64,000 bases of DNA from Thalia democratica. Its lineage: Eukaryota. The stretch is from NCBI GenBank assembly GCA_965202585.1, contig OZ241828.1:54622001-54686000 (forward strand), read 5' to 3'. A program made the translations under genes and the position numbers. The notes below the pieces were generated by a model. The model searched no databases, was not told the origin of the DNA, and worked only from the letters and a program-made list of their open reading frames with translations. Positions 50,971-63,562 of the stretch are shown here, one piece after another. Positions within the stretch are counted from its first letter, which is position 1. Each line of letters starts with the position of its first letter.

Positions 50971-52654
50971 TAACGACTGTTAAAATTACCACCAGAGTTA
51001 AAGTTATAAATTGAATAACAGTTCCCTTCACTGTATATCTACATTTATTTATACTGAAGACTTTTATTAGAAAATAGTTATAACCCTGTGTTATCGTTCA
51101 GAATATTAAAATAACCAGAACAATTTTTTAACAGTTATGTTATCAAAGTAATATGATTTTCATTCAAGTTTTTGAAACGCTTTGATAATTAATTTTAAAT
51201 TTTTATACGATTTAAACACCATAAAACTTAACTCTTATTCAGATTTGGAAAATATTAACAAAGATTGTTGGATGTACAATCTCCAACAGCTAGAAAAAAA
51301 TTCAGATGAGTTTAAGTTGGTAAAAGAGTTTTTTCACACAACTTCGACAAAAAACTCTGGCTACTGCATGACTTTAAAAAAATTTCAAATACACAAGGTC
51401 ATCTAGCAAAACAAAAAGGCAACAGACAATGTAAAAAGCAGCAACTTAATGTTGTTTCATGGTACTGGTAAAAAAGGTGTAGCTGGTATTTTAGAAACTG
51501 GTTACAGAAACTCTGTTAAGGGTGATTTTGGAAGAGGTGTATACCTAACCGAAAGTTCTGATTTGGCGTCTATATATTCCGGCGGAAGAGACACTGAAAA
51601 AATGTACTTCATGTTTGTCATTGAAATTCTCGAGTCACAAATAGATACTTCAAAAGAAGATACAGAAATACTGCAGTGGATCGAAAAAGTATAACATATC
51701 ACTTTTTTGCAGTTTGTCAAGTAATCATACCAAGGTATTTGATAGTTTTCGGGGTTAACGAACATCTGCCCATGGTAGACTTATTCTCTATAGACAAAGT
51801 CTGAGAACAACATAGATATTGTTGTTTAAAATAAAATAAAGTTTCGTAAATCCTAGATACAATTATTTCTGACATAGATTTTTAAATAAACATTTGAGAA
51901 TATTATCATTGCTATGATCGAAAACGTTAATATATTCTACTAAAAAAATAATAATTTCTTTAGTTTGTATACTACAACTTTCAAAAAAATAAAACTAAAC
52001 ATTAATTATTTCAATAGTGTCAGTGTTAGTTCACAAGGTTTAATATTTTAAAACTTTATCATAATATTTGTAAAACCACCAAACTTACAATTTCTTTGCT
52101 TAAATTTAAAACTATAATTTCGTAAGTTAGCATATAAAATTTCCATTTAAATTGAGTATAATTAGTGTTGATAATTAATTGAATTTTATAATTGAATATT
52201 TTATAATTTTCTTTTTCAAAATTCGTTTTCTACAGATTTCGAAAATGATAGTTAAATATTATAAATTTGTAAATTAAATGCCAGTTAAAATTAGTTTTAC
52301 TATTTCTGAAAATTTAAAAAAGGAACGTTTGGTTCTGATATGGTCTGTATGATACCACAAACACTGATTCACATAATTAAAATTTTATAATGAATTATAT
52401 AATTAAGTTTAAACTTAAATCTTCGTACAAAACTATAAACACTAAAAATATAAGCAAGCTGTACTGTTTTCTTCTAACAATTGACTAAAATAATAGTTTT
52501 ACAAAATAATAATCAATATAAAGTAGTCAGTTTATAAGCAAAAAATTAATAAAAATATAATAAATATCATCATTTGTCATTAAACAAACTTAATAACAAT
52601 ATGTAGATTAAATCAACAAAGTTTCTTTTTTGGATCTTTAGTAAAGTATTACAA

Positions 52655-53001
52655 CAGTCGTCGGCAAACTGCGACCCGCGGGCTAAATGCGGTCCTCAAA
52701 GTCAAAATCTGCGGCCCACGAACTTCTTTTCAGCCAAAATATAGATTTTAAAACAATAAAAGTTTAAGATTTTGTAATAAAAACTTACAGTTAGGCTCTT
52801 TATTTAATAAATACTCTATATTGGTGCTTTAAAATTGCTTAATATATCATACTTTTGATCGAAAATAATGTTTATCTACTGATTAATAGAATTTTGTTTA
52901 AATAAATACGACTCTCAAAGGTTTTTTTTATAAATAAAGCGGCCTGCGAGCATTTCTTTTTAAGAAAATTGGCCAGAAAATAACATAAGGCTGCTGACCC
53001 T
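52655..53001. mobile_element. hAT (Charlie/Buster-like) MITE
   Basis: cagtcgtcggcaaactgcgacccgcggg ... gctgaccct; exact 8-bp TSD TATTACAA. Confidence 0.82.
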
Positions 53002-54825
53002 TATTACAACAAAACACTTCAGCCAAATTCTTACACAACAAGTGTAATTCGGTTATTAGACTGATCAGCTACTATGCTTACGTGGTCTTGCTTACATTGG
53101 TGTTTTTATTTTACTTTTAAGCTGTTTTTTAATTTAATATATTTATTGACTAAATTACGATTTGAAATATTTTTTATAGTAATTTATGAAAAAATTGTCA
53201 TTTCTAATAATTTTATCGATTGCTTAAAAAGCTAACATACTTTTGAGTATTCACACTGATCTTCTTCAAAATACACACCTGCTGGATACCTTTTAACGTT
53301 TTGTTGTCTATTAACTTTAAACTGGTTTAAATCAGACAACTATTGTTCGTAGCATTGATATTTTTTATAAAAATGTATTGAATTATTGAAGTGAAAATAC
53401 GTTTACTAATAAAGTAATAAAGATTTAATGAGATTTATTCAATGTTAGCTAACTCTGTCATTTAAAATAAATAGATTTACTAATTTTTTTGAAATATACG
53501 TTGTTCATACTTGAAAAAGTTTGTAAAAGATAACAAGACGACTTTAATGTATTTAAAGTTTTAAATTTTAGTTGTTAGAATTTTAACTGTCGAATTTAAT
53601 AGTACAACTATCAAGTTTTATTCGTCGTGCACTTTTAATAACTAGTTTTACACTGCTATATTTCTGTTCTAAAAGATATTTAGTTTTGTTAGTAAATATT
53701 TAGAATTTGCATTTGAACACTGCGTATTTAAAAATATAAAGTTATTTAGTTAAAAACAAATAAAAACCCATGTAAATACACATATAAAATAGATGTATTA
53801 TCATTGCAAATTTTTCGTTTTTATTTTTTCTTATTTTACTTGTTCAAATATTAAACAACATAATTTGATAATTTTTATTATTGAAAGTTTATTGATAAAT
53901 AAAAAAAATAGAAGATGAAAACTATTTGGTATTTGTTTTTGAGATTAGATCAATCATTATTTTTACACTAAAGAAACTTTTGAACAAACTATTTGATCGC
54001 TTTTTTTTATCATTCAATTAACAATATATATACAAAAAACAGTAGTAAAAAAATTTTAATTTAAATCATCTAAAAAATAATTAAATCGTATTTTATTAGT
54101 TTGTTTCAAAGATAAAAAAGTTTTGTTTTTGACTCCTTACAAGAATTATAACAAGAGGGGACAAGTATAGGAAAAAGGTAAAAAAAACAGAAAGTAAATT
54201 TATTCTCTTATGAGTAAAAACTTATAGAAAAGCGGTAGTTAATGAATAAGTTGTAGTTTTATTTCACAAAACGTTTTAAAGTTTTAAGTCTCCAGAATTT
54301 TGTTGTTAGCATTTGTTGTAAATAGTCAACAAGTAAAAGAACAAATCTAATCAAATTCAATCGATGATAAGATGTCTTTTTCAGTAAATATGAGTAAAAT
54401 ATAACTAGTTTTTAACTAGTAAAAATGGTAATCATAGTGTTAATCTAGCTGTATGCATAATAGTTTTATTCTTTTAGCTTTCAACTGTTCCAGCTAATAT
54501 ATATACTACAATTTAGAATTTTTTTGCGTTTATAAATAGTTTGATTTATATAAAGTGTTTGAGCTTAGTTATATTAACGAGTAAGAAAAATAAAAAAGAA
54601 TGTAAAATTAGAACTTTTTAGATATTTCTATATTTTTTAGGCGTAAGTTTTTGTACTTAACAAGTAAAACATAGTTTAAAAGTTTTAATGTGAACTACTT
54701 TCAATTTTTAAGTGAAAAAGTTAAAACCTGTATTTATGATAAACAACAAGAAACTATATCAATGCCAAAACTAATTCTAAATACTCGTAGCTTCTAATGT
54801 GAAAATACCAAAAAGATAATTTTAG

Positions 54826-54903
54826 ATTCAAACAGATTACGATCCGGATTACGCAATGAGATCAATTGTCACGGCCGGTTTTAAACGAATGCGAGATCAA
54901 TAA
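54826..54903 (+). other. Candidate terminal coding exon of an unidentified small gene
   Basis: Acceptor aattttag, GC-rich 78 nt reading IQTDYDPDYAMRSIVTAGFKRMRDQ*; possible upstream 33-nt exon near 54146-54178 ending in a gtaaaa donor. Confidence 0.3.
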
Positions 54904-56842
54904 AGACTGTGAAGTACTCAACAGTGCATATGAAATATTAGCTAACTTTTTGACGGATTTTGTTAAACATTTATTTCGTTAAAAGAAGTTTTTTGAAAGT
55001 TGCTTAAAGCTTGCTAAAATTTTTGTATTATCATGGTGCAAAAATTATCTGGTCATAAAACTTAATTATTATAAAATTATTAAAATTATTCAATTTAACA
55101 GTATTTGTTTTTTTTTTTTCATTTGTAATAAATATAATAATATGGAAGTACACATCGGTTTTTTTCAAAAGCTATTATGAATTTTACAAACTTGAACTTT
55201 GTAAAAACTTAATATTCAAAATACATTTTTTTAAACTAAAATTACTTTTGGCTCGAAAGAATTCAAACTAACAAAGACAACTAAGACTATGGAGTGAAAT
55301 GTATTAAAAACGATCCTTAACTTTAATTGATAAAAAAAACTATACTTTAAGATAAACTCAGTTTAAAAAACTACACTTTGAATTGTAAAACTGTGTAAAA
55401 AAATATACTTTAGATTATACTTGTACAATCCAAGTATCAAAAAAACGCCTTTTGAAAGACTAGATTAAGGAGTTAAAAATTGTTCTAAAGACGCTTCCAA
55501 ATATTAGAATCAAAATTGGTAAACATTTTATATAAAGTTGTTATAAAAGTTGGTAGTTTATAAAGGCCAGGTAGCGTTGAAACAGTTTAAAAAATAAAAT
55601 ATGAAAAAAAAATTATTTTAACAAAAACATAGTTATTGCATTTAGTGAAGCTAAATATAATTTACTTCAATTGTGAAACTTTACATAAATCTAAATAAAT
55701 AATTCAGTTATTAAAAAACGTTGTTTATCTTTAAAAACATTGTTGGATGCTGTTTTAAATGTATGGTGAAACCAGGTGTGTTGTTTTTTTGTTTCGAAAT
55801 CTAAAAGAAAAAAAACGTAATAAAATAATATTTAATAAAAGTATGTATTCTTAAAATTAAACTAATTTAAACATGATAAACAAATTAACTAAGGCTTTTA
55901 AACTTATTGTTGGAAGTTGACTCATTCATTAAAAATAAAGTTTTAGTTTTTCAACTTGTTATACCAAACTAATTAATCAAAAAAAATTATCTGAACAAGT
56001 AATAAAGAAAAAAGTAATAAAGATATTTACAATTGCTTAGTTTTAAACTATATGAAACTTTTTTAAGTTTTAAGTAAAGCTAAGTGAACTAAATTACTTT
56101 TTTAAACAGACCCTATCAATTATCAATAAAAATTAATTCTGGTAATTTGTAGTTTCAACAAATTCGTTTTCATAAACACGCTAAAAAATAAGAAAATAAT
56201 AAATTGTTATAGTAACACTTAATGTAAATAGTTATGTCGACAGTGCTTTCTAATCTAAAAAATTAAAGTTTATCAAATGTTCAAGTTTATATTTCATTAA
56301 CTAATATTTTAACTCTAAATAAATCTGTTTTTGAAATATAGTTTTATACTTGATTTATAACAGTTTTTCATGATGTTTGGTTTGAAAATGCTGTTGATTA
56401 TTTACTATAAAAACTAGTACTACTTAATAGTTTTTGAAGTTTAAAAAACATATAGAACAAAAAAAAGTGTTGCACTTTTTTAAGATTTGTTACCGAGATT
56501 AGCGTTTGATTTTGATTTAAGTTTAAGAAGTTGACTAATTTTTTAGTTACTAAGTAAAGCAGTGACTAGTCTACAGAATCTATAGTCACATTTTAAACAT
56601 GCTGTAAAACTTTAATTATAATTTAACATCTTAAGTTTTTCTTGTTTATTTAATTTCAATATCAAACTTATGTTAATAAAACAAGAAGTACCGAGACAAC
56701 ACCTCCTAAAACAAGTTTTATCTTTGTTCAACTAAAAAACATTATCTCTTGTTTTCTTATATAATTTTAATGTGATAATTGATAATTACTATCCTTGATC
56801 GAAGTTTATACAAAAAAATATAGTTTTACAAGTATTTTGCTT

Positions 56843-57365
56843 TGTGCCGTTGGGCATATATTTTTATACTTTTTTAGAAACAATTTATTTCAAACTAAAA
56901 ATAACTGTTTTAAAAAAGCATCCTTTTAATATTTTTCCAAAACAATTTTCATTATTCTCAAAACAAATTTTTCCAAAACAATTTTCATTGTTCTCAAAAC
57001 AAGCGTTTTCCAAAACAATTTTTATAACTCTCAAAATAATATTGTTTACTTAAAGGAGTTATATTTGTTTTAGTGCTTATTAAACGGAATTTTACTTGCA
57101 TTTACTCGCAGTATCGGTTGGTGTTTGGTTTAGTTCGTAATGTTGTATTATAAAATATTTAAATTTAAGTTTGAAATGCTTCGTTTTCCTTAGATTAAGA
57201 TACTTCTTGTTACTTGTGTTCGATTGTAGTTTTGGTTAGTGTGTCGTGTGATTATTTTATATTGTAAATAAACTTTTGTTTACTTTTAAGTATCTTAGAT
57301 GTATTTATCTTATCTACCCACATCTTTCCCCATTTAATTACCCCTAACATCCTAGATTGGTTACA
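56843..57365 (+). repeat. 5' LTR (523 bp)
   Basis: Starts tgtgcc, ends ggttaca; three internal ~35-bp ccaaaacaattttcattattctcaaaac units. Confidence 0.88.
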
Positions 57366-57733
57366 TTGGAAGACTATGAGTGGCCTGAGCTTTAGGAATC
57401 TTCTTATTAGGAAACGTAGTGAAAAAAATATGAAAAAATATTCAGTTCAGAACTTTGGAACCAAAAAGTCAAACATGTTTTAATTTGTAAAATTCGAGTA
57501 TATGATTGAATAAAGAAGTTTGTGTGAACAACATTTTTTTGAGAACAAGTCTACAATTAAGTTACAAGTGTGTAGTAGTGGTCTTTTAAATTTTTATTAA
57601 AAAAATATGTTTGTTTGTTGGGGTTTTATTTTTGCTAAAATTTAAGAAGTGCTTAATTTTGATATTTACGGTTATTTCTACTTGTACTTATGCTTTTTTA
57701 GTGCTAAAGTTCACAAAACATGTTGCGGTAAAC

Positions 57734-57945
57734 GTAAGTCGCCATGAAGCGCAGTATTTTGATCTTAAAGTGCACGATCTTTCTAGTCTAAGTGCACAAT
57801 GTTTTATTCAAGTATTGCAATTAATGTAAGTCGTCAGGGGGCACAGTATTTCGATTTTAAAGTTCACATTCTTTATAGTAAACAATGTTTTATTGAAGAT
57901 ATTGCAATTAACATAAGTCGTCAGGGAACGCAGTGTTAAGTTCGA
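57734..57945. repeat. ~90-bp tandem repeat (about 2.3 copies) inside the LTR element
   Basis: Units beginning (g/a)taagtcg at 57734, 57826 and 57913. Confidence 0.75.
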
Positions 57946-59004
57946 GTTTGCAACTTTTATGTCGCCAAGAAGATCTCAGATATTATTTTTTATAGCATAG
58001 GAATGTAAATTGAAAACCGCATAAGCATTTATTATAGCTGCAGAATAACCATTTTCGATAAAGTCTGAGTATTTGTTGATGAAACAAACAGTTTAATTTA
58101 TTTACTACTACTACTACTACTTGATTGTTGTGATTTGCTAATTGATTGTTCTAATACATAGAATGTATTTATTTTACTAAGAATTTTTCTGAAACTTAAA
58201 GTTAGCTTCGATCTTTTCTAATTCGTAAAATAGAACATTTTCCAAATTCTATTACTAGGTCAAGTTCATAGTTCGGATTTTTTTTTTCTTTTAAGTGAAT
58301 TATAAAATTAACTTCCCTCATGCCGTGTTGCTTGTTAAAAAATTGCTGCGTTTTTATCTTGTAAAGTTCACGAATATAATTTTTTGTTGCTTAAGTATTA
58401 CCAACACCACTTTCTGCTTAAAAACATAGTTTATTTTTTTTAAACGTGTTTCGGACAACAGAATAGATGAAGACTTTGTTTATGACGTCACAATAAAGAA
58501 ACTCCAATAATGTCAACGTTTTCAACGTCAATCAAGTAGTTCGTTTGCTTATTCTAGTAAACCAGCTCGAAGAGAAGCCATAAAAGGTAGCTTAACAACA
58601 AGTCGTACAACAACAATTTAGAAAACAAGAAGCAGAAAACAAGAAGCAGGAAACGAGAAACCCGAAAAGAATTATAAAGAACAATTCATTGACTCATACA
58701 TTAACTTTTGTTTTATGTATTAACTTATGTGTTAAATAACTTTTATAGTTTAAAATATAAGTTAAAGATTTTTTTGATCTTAAAAATTTAGTTGTATATG
58801 ACTTTCTTTGAAACTAACAAACTTTATAGCAATATTAAAAAATTGAAGGCTTAGTAAAAAATTTTCTAATTATTATAAAAGCCTTAGTATAAATACTAAA
58901 AAACAATTTAAAAGAGTAAAGTGTACCGCTAGTAAATTAGGTTATTAAAAAACTTATAAAAAAGGTGACAAAGTTAATTAAATTTTTAAGAAAGAAAAGG
59001 AAAA

Positions 59005-59532
59005 TGTGCCTAATGGGCATATATTTTTATACTTTTTTAAAAATAATTTGTTTCAAACTAAAAGTTAACTGTTTTAAAAAAACATCATTTTAATATTTTT
59101 TTTCTAAAAAATTTTCATTATTCTCAAAACAAACTTTTCCAAAACTATTTTCATTGTTCTCAAAACAAGCTTTTTCCAAAACAGTTTTTTTAACTCTCAA
59201 AACAATATTGTTTACTTAAAGGAGTTACATTTGTTTCAGTGCTTATAAAACGGATTTTTACTTGCATTTACTCGCAGTATCGGTTGGTGTTTGGTTTAGT
59301 TCGTAATGGTGTATTATAAAATGCTTAAATTTAAGTTTGAAATGATTCGTTTTCTTTAGTTTAAGTTACTTCTTGTTCCTTGTGTTCAATTGTAGTTTTA
59401 GTTAGTGTGTCGTGTGAGTATTTTATATTTGTAAATAAACTTTTGTTTACTTTTAAGTATCTTAGATGTATTTATCTTATCTACCCACATCTATCCCCAT
59501 TTAATTACTCCTAACAACCTAGATTGGTTACA
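59005..59532 (+). repeat. 3' LTR (528 bp)
   Basis: Collinear with 56843-57365, about 85-90% identical by eye. Confidence 0.88.
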
Positions 59533-60334
59533 GCTTTATAAAATCTCTCGAGCTTATTAAGGCAGACTAAATTTTACTCGAGCTTAGAAGCTTTTTATAG
59601 TTGGTTAATAGTAACAGTCTTATTTTTCTATAATTTACTCAGTTATATCACATAGGGAAAGTTAACACTATGTTCTTATATGTGTAAAAACTTAGTTAAG
59701 CAATCTTCTAAAAAATTTATTTTGTTACAAATTGATTTGAGAATTCTTTTAGTATCTTAAGTTAAAATTACGATACTTATAATAGGTTATGTCACTATTA
59801 CTTCAATTCGTATGAAAATAGTTAAACTGTTTTATTATTTATAAACTAAAAGTTACAAAAGTACATCAAATTCTGTTTTATCGATAATTAGTCGTTAAGC
59901 TTTAAGTGCAAATATATATTAGAGGTTAACATTTTAAGCTCTCGCTTTTATTCACAAATTTAATGTCACTTAAAGTCAGGGGTCACCAGCCTTATATAAG
60001 TCACGGGCTAAATTTACTAAAAAAATGGACCAGATACTTTGGAAAAAAAAGAGTTATTGTGAGCTTTGCTTTCAAAAAAAAGTATTGCTCTAAAAAGTAA
60101 AAAAAAAGTCTGTAAAAACTTAAGTCTGATTAGTAATTAAATAGCAGTACTAATTTCTCGATTGATAATAAAAAAGAAGAACATTTATAATATTCATTAG
60201 GCTTTAGTTACAAAGTATTAAACATTTTAACTTTCTTTCTACTTAACTTAGCTTAAATCTGTATACTAAAATTACTAATATTTATTGTCAACTTTAATTT
60301 ATAGCTGTCAACTTTAATTTAATGTCTTTACTTT

Positions 60335-60665
60335 GGGTAGCTTTCAAATTTTCACGAGCGTACAAAATTGCACGAGTGCACAAAATTGCACGAATGTAGT
60401 TTTGCACGAAGACACTTTTTCACGAGGGGATAAAGTTAATAAGGAGGGCGTAATTGCACGAGTTAAATTTTATTTATTTTTTTATTTTTTTTTATATTTT
60501 TTTATTTACTATAACTGTTACCCCTAACCCTTACCCTCGGTCAGTATTTTTTTTTAATTATCTTTGAGTTTATTTTTTCTATATTTTTTTACTTTCGTGC
60601 AAAAATGTAATGCGTGCAAATTTGGCTCCATGCAATTTAGTAACCTCGTGCAATTTAGTCCCCCT
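60335..60665 (-). mobile_element. TGCACG-array foldback MITE with telomere-like core
   Basis: aaaattgcacgag arrays, ctgttacccctaacccttaccctcggtcag core, cgtgcaattt right arrays. Confidence 0.78.
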
Positions 60666-61736
60666 TTATTTTACTTAGTTAGAGGTATGAGTTGTGGTCA
60701 ATAACTTTATCTAAGTAATATAAACTTACTTATAATGTTGTAAACAAAACATTGTTCTTTTAGTATACTTGCAATACTATAAAAAACTATACAAAACTTG
60801 CAAAACTATACAAGTAACTTCTAATGCAGTTTTAACTTTTTACAAAAAATATTAGCAGATATTCTTGAGAAAGATAAAAGGAAAAAATAACAAAAATGTC
60901 AATTACCTAAATATTTCGTTCAAAAAAAAAGAAAAGAACTAAGTTTAAATGTTTTTCTATGATAGCCTTCAACTGTCCATATGACGTGGGAATAAAACGT
61001 AGTAAAACTGTTTTTATAAACATATTTAATTTAAGTATTTAAATTTATACTGTAAAAAGCATGGTTTTGATTTATTAAGAAAAAGATAATATTGTATTTT
61101 TAAATTTATTGGAATAAATTATAAGATGTTGAAAAAATTAGAAGTTATACTTCAAATATACCGTGTCTTTAAAGTTACAGTAACTAAAGTCTAACTAAAA
61201 TATCAAACTTTATTTTTTAGTTTGTTTAAAACAATATAACATAATAAAAAAGTCAGTTTAATTTTTATTCAAGAAAATCCAAATCAAATTAATTTATTAA
61301 ACATTATTAAAAACAAACAATAAATCAGTAAAACTTATAAAATATATTTTTGACTGAAATTGACTTTAGCAAGTATTGTCATATACGCTTAAAATGGTAA
61401 CAAAATGTAGTTTATTTATTTAAAAAGACAACTTTTAAAACTTAAGTATTTAAGAACCAAAAAGTTTGCTTATGTTGTTTGTTTGTACACTAGCACTTTA
61501 AGTTCTGTGAAGTCGAGAAAAGTTTTCAAGTCACTAAAGATTGACCAATAAAATAAACGATTACAAAAATACCTAAAAGAATATTTTTTTTAAAATAAAG
61601 TTTACTTAATTAACATATATATACACCATTTCGTCTCATAAACGATTGATTTAAAACTTAAAATTAATACTTTAAATATACGATTTAAAAAGAGAAAAAC
61701 AAACATTTTCGTCTGGTACATTATCTTTATGATAAC

Positions 61737-63562
61737 TTACCGTCTGAACAAACCAAAAGCCGAATCTATTACAGTGCCAACTAAAGCAAAAAGACCTGGT
61801 ATGACCGGTCTTGCATTTTGCTGCTGTAATGCCAACTCGTTCATTCTTTCTATATACCGCTTTTGCTCCTCTGCGTGTGATCGTTCCATTCTTTCCATTT
61901 GAGCATCATGGATCTTTTGCCGTTGTTCCCGGTCCTTCTCAATCTTGTTTAACTTGCCCATTAAACTTTGGTTTTGTTTTACACTAAAGTCCTCAAGTTG
62001 TTTTATGTTAAGTGCAAAGTTTTCCTGTTGCTCTTTGTGTTGCTTTTTTAACACTGCCATTTGCTCCTTGCTTGCTTTGTCTTTCTTTTTTTTCAATTCA
62101 GCCATTTCTTTTTCGTACTTTTCATCCTGCAGTTTTTTTCTACTTTGAACTTTTCTGATGGCATCCTGGTTTTTTTCTTCCAAAATTACCTTTTCTTCCT
62201 TAATCTTTTTAATCATTTGGTTTTGTTTTTGGTTCTCCTGACTATATGTTTCTTTAAACTTTTTTATTTCTTCAGTGTGCTCTTTTTGCTTTTTTATAAT
62301 GATCTTCTCAATGTTTGACTTCTTCTTTTCAATAACGTTTGTTTCGTTCTTTAAGCTAACTTTAGCTTTAATATCTAATATTACCTCTTCTATATTACCT
62401 TCTAGTTTTGCTTTATATTTATCTTTTGTGTTGTGATCAATTGTTTTTAAGTTTAAAAACTTCGTGACAACAGTCTTTTTAAGGTTTTGAAACGATTCAG
62501 TTAGTTTGTCGGGGTTACCAAAGTCGAGTAATTTAGCAAGATTGAAAAACTCGTTTAAATACTGATCGTAGAATTTGCTGTAGAATGACTCTGACATAGC
62601 TTGAACCAGTGTGTACTCAACAGGTGTGTCTGTATTCTTAAAGTGCTCTGTAAAGGTTTCGAATATTTTCGGTATGTCGGCGCATTTTATCGAAACTCCG
62701 TTTAATTTTTTTTCGTTTTCATAAGACTGCTGTATAACAGTTTTTACAAAAATGCCCATCTCTTGGACAAACAATTCTTCGACCGACCCCAATGTCCCAT
62801 CCTCGTCTAACTCTTCTCCCGGGTCGGGCATCAAAAAGCATTGGACTTCTTCGAAAGAGTTTTTCAGTAGTTTTTTGTGGTAACTCATCACGTCCTTATC
62901 CAGCCAATCTTCATTTAAATAGTCAATGCCGGCTTTGAACCCGTAATCATATTCATCAATGTGGCGCCAATCGCGTACAAGAAATATCAAGGATTGAAAC
63001 GGTTTACAGTCGCTGTTGTCCAAAAAGAAACTTGCATACGTTGAAAACAGTTCAAGATGCTCAAATTTGTCTTTACTTAATTCTCTGGTAACGTTGTAAA
63101 TTTGTACGCTGCTTATAAGAGTACTTAGAGAAAACAAAATTTTATTTTCCTTTTCAGTAGACTCGTTATCAAAAGTACCTTGTGTGTCGATTAGTAGAAA
63201 AGCTTTTTCAGTTTCTTTTAATTTAACTTTGAATATTTTGCTGTATGCTAGCATCCCTTTAGTTTCACGAACAATACCTGATTTGTATTTGAAACCAGAA
63301 AAGTCTTCTGGAATGCCACTAATTTCATCAAGAGGTGTGCCATTTTCCATTTTAGACAATCGGTCGATAAACCAATTCAAAAGAAATGACTTACCGGAAC
63401 GATAAGGTCCCGCGACAACTAAAACAACTACTTCAAGATTATCTACATTGTTAAACTGAACAATGCTTTCAAAATTTTCTTTGTGGTAAATTATACTTTC
63501 ATCATCTTGCGAATATGAAACTATTTGAACTGCTTTAGGATTATTGTCGAGGATTGAAATTC
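61737..63562 (-). CDS. Atlastin/GBP-family large GTPase with long C-terminal coiled coil, 5'-partial (~608 aa in one exon)
   Basis: The frame extends 60 codons upstream of the track ORF to acceptor ccttag|GA and contains P-loop GPYRSGKSFL, RETKG, LLIDTQG (G3) and FLVRDW (atlastin-type RD motif); E/K/Q-rich coiled coil; no start exon found in the window. Confidence 0.92.

Larger units (their letters stand above)
48736..51780 (+). pseudogene. PARP-family ADP-ribosyltransferase pseudogene (paralogue of 33724-34865); exons 48736-48781 and 51243-~51780
   Basis: Retains LFHGT and GDFGRGVYLTES; nonsense TAG at 51404-51406 (GAG in copy A); ~0.2 kb frameshifting deletion near 51640; 3' end approximate. 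Confidence 0.85.
41840..52440 (+). repeat. Segmental duplication copy B
   Basis: Collinear with copy A; carries its own ~1.3 kb extra segment (about 43690-45015) and a longer PARP intron. Confidence 0.9.
56843..59532 (+). mobile_element. Non-autonomous LTR retroelement (2.7 kb), probably Ty3/Gypsy-related
   Basis: Two TG...CA direct repeats, 4-bp TSD GCTT on both sides, TGG one base after the 5' LTR, 17-nt polypurine tract 58988-59004 abutting the 3' LTR; no gag/pol ORF inside. Confidence 0.88.

Noticed and set aside
61945-63405. Plus-strand ORFs 61945-62148, 62061-62318 and 63184-63405
   Set aside because: Antisense shadows of the GTPase exon.
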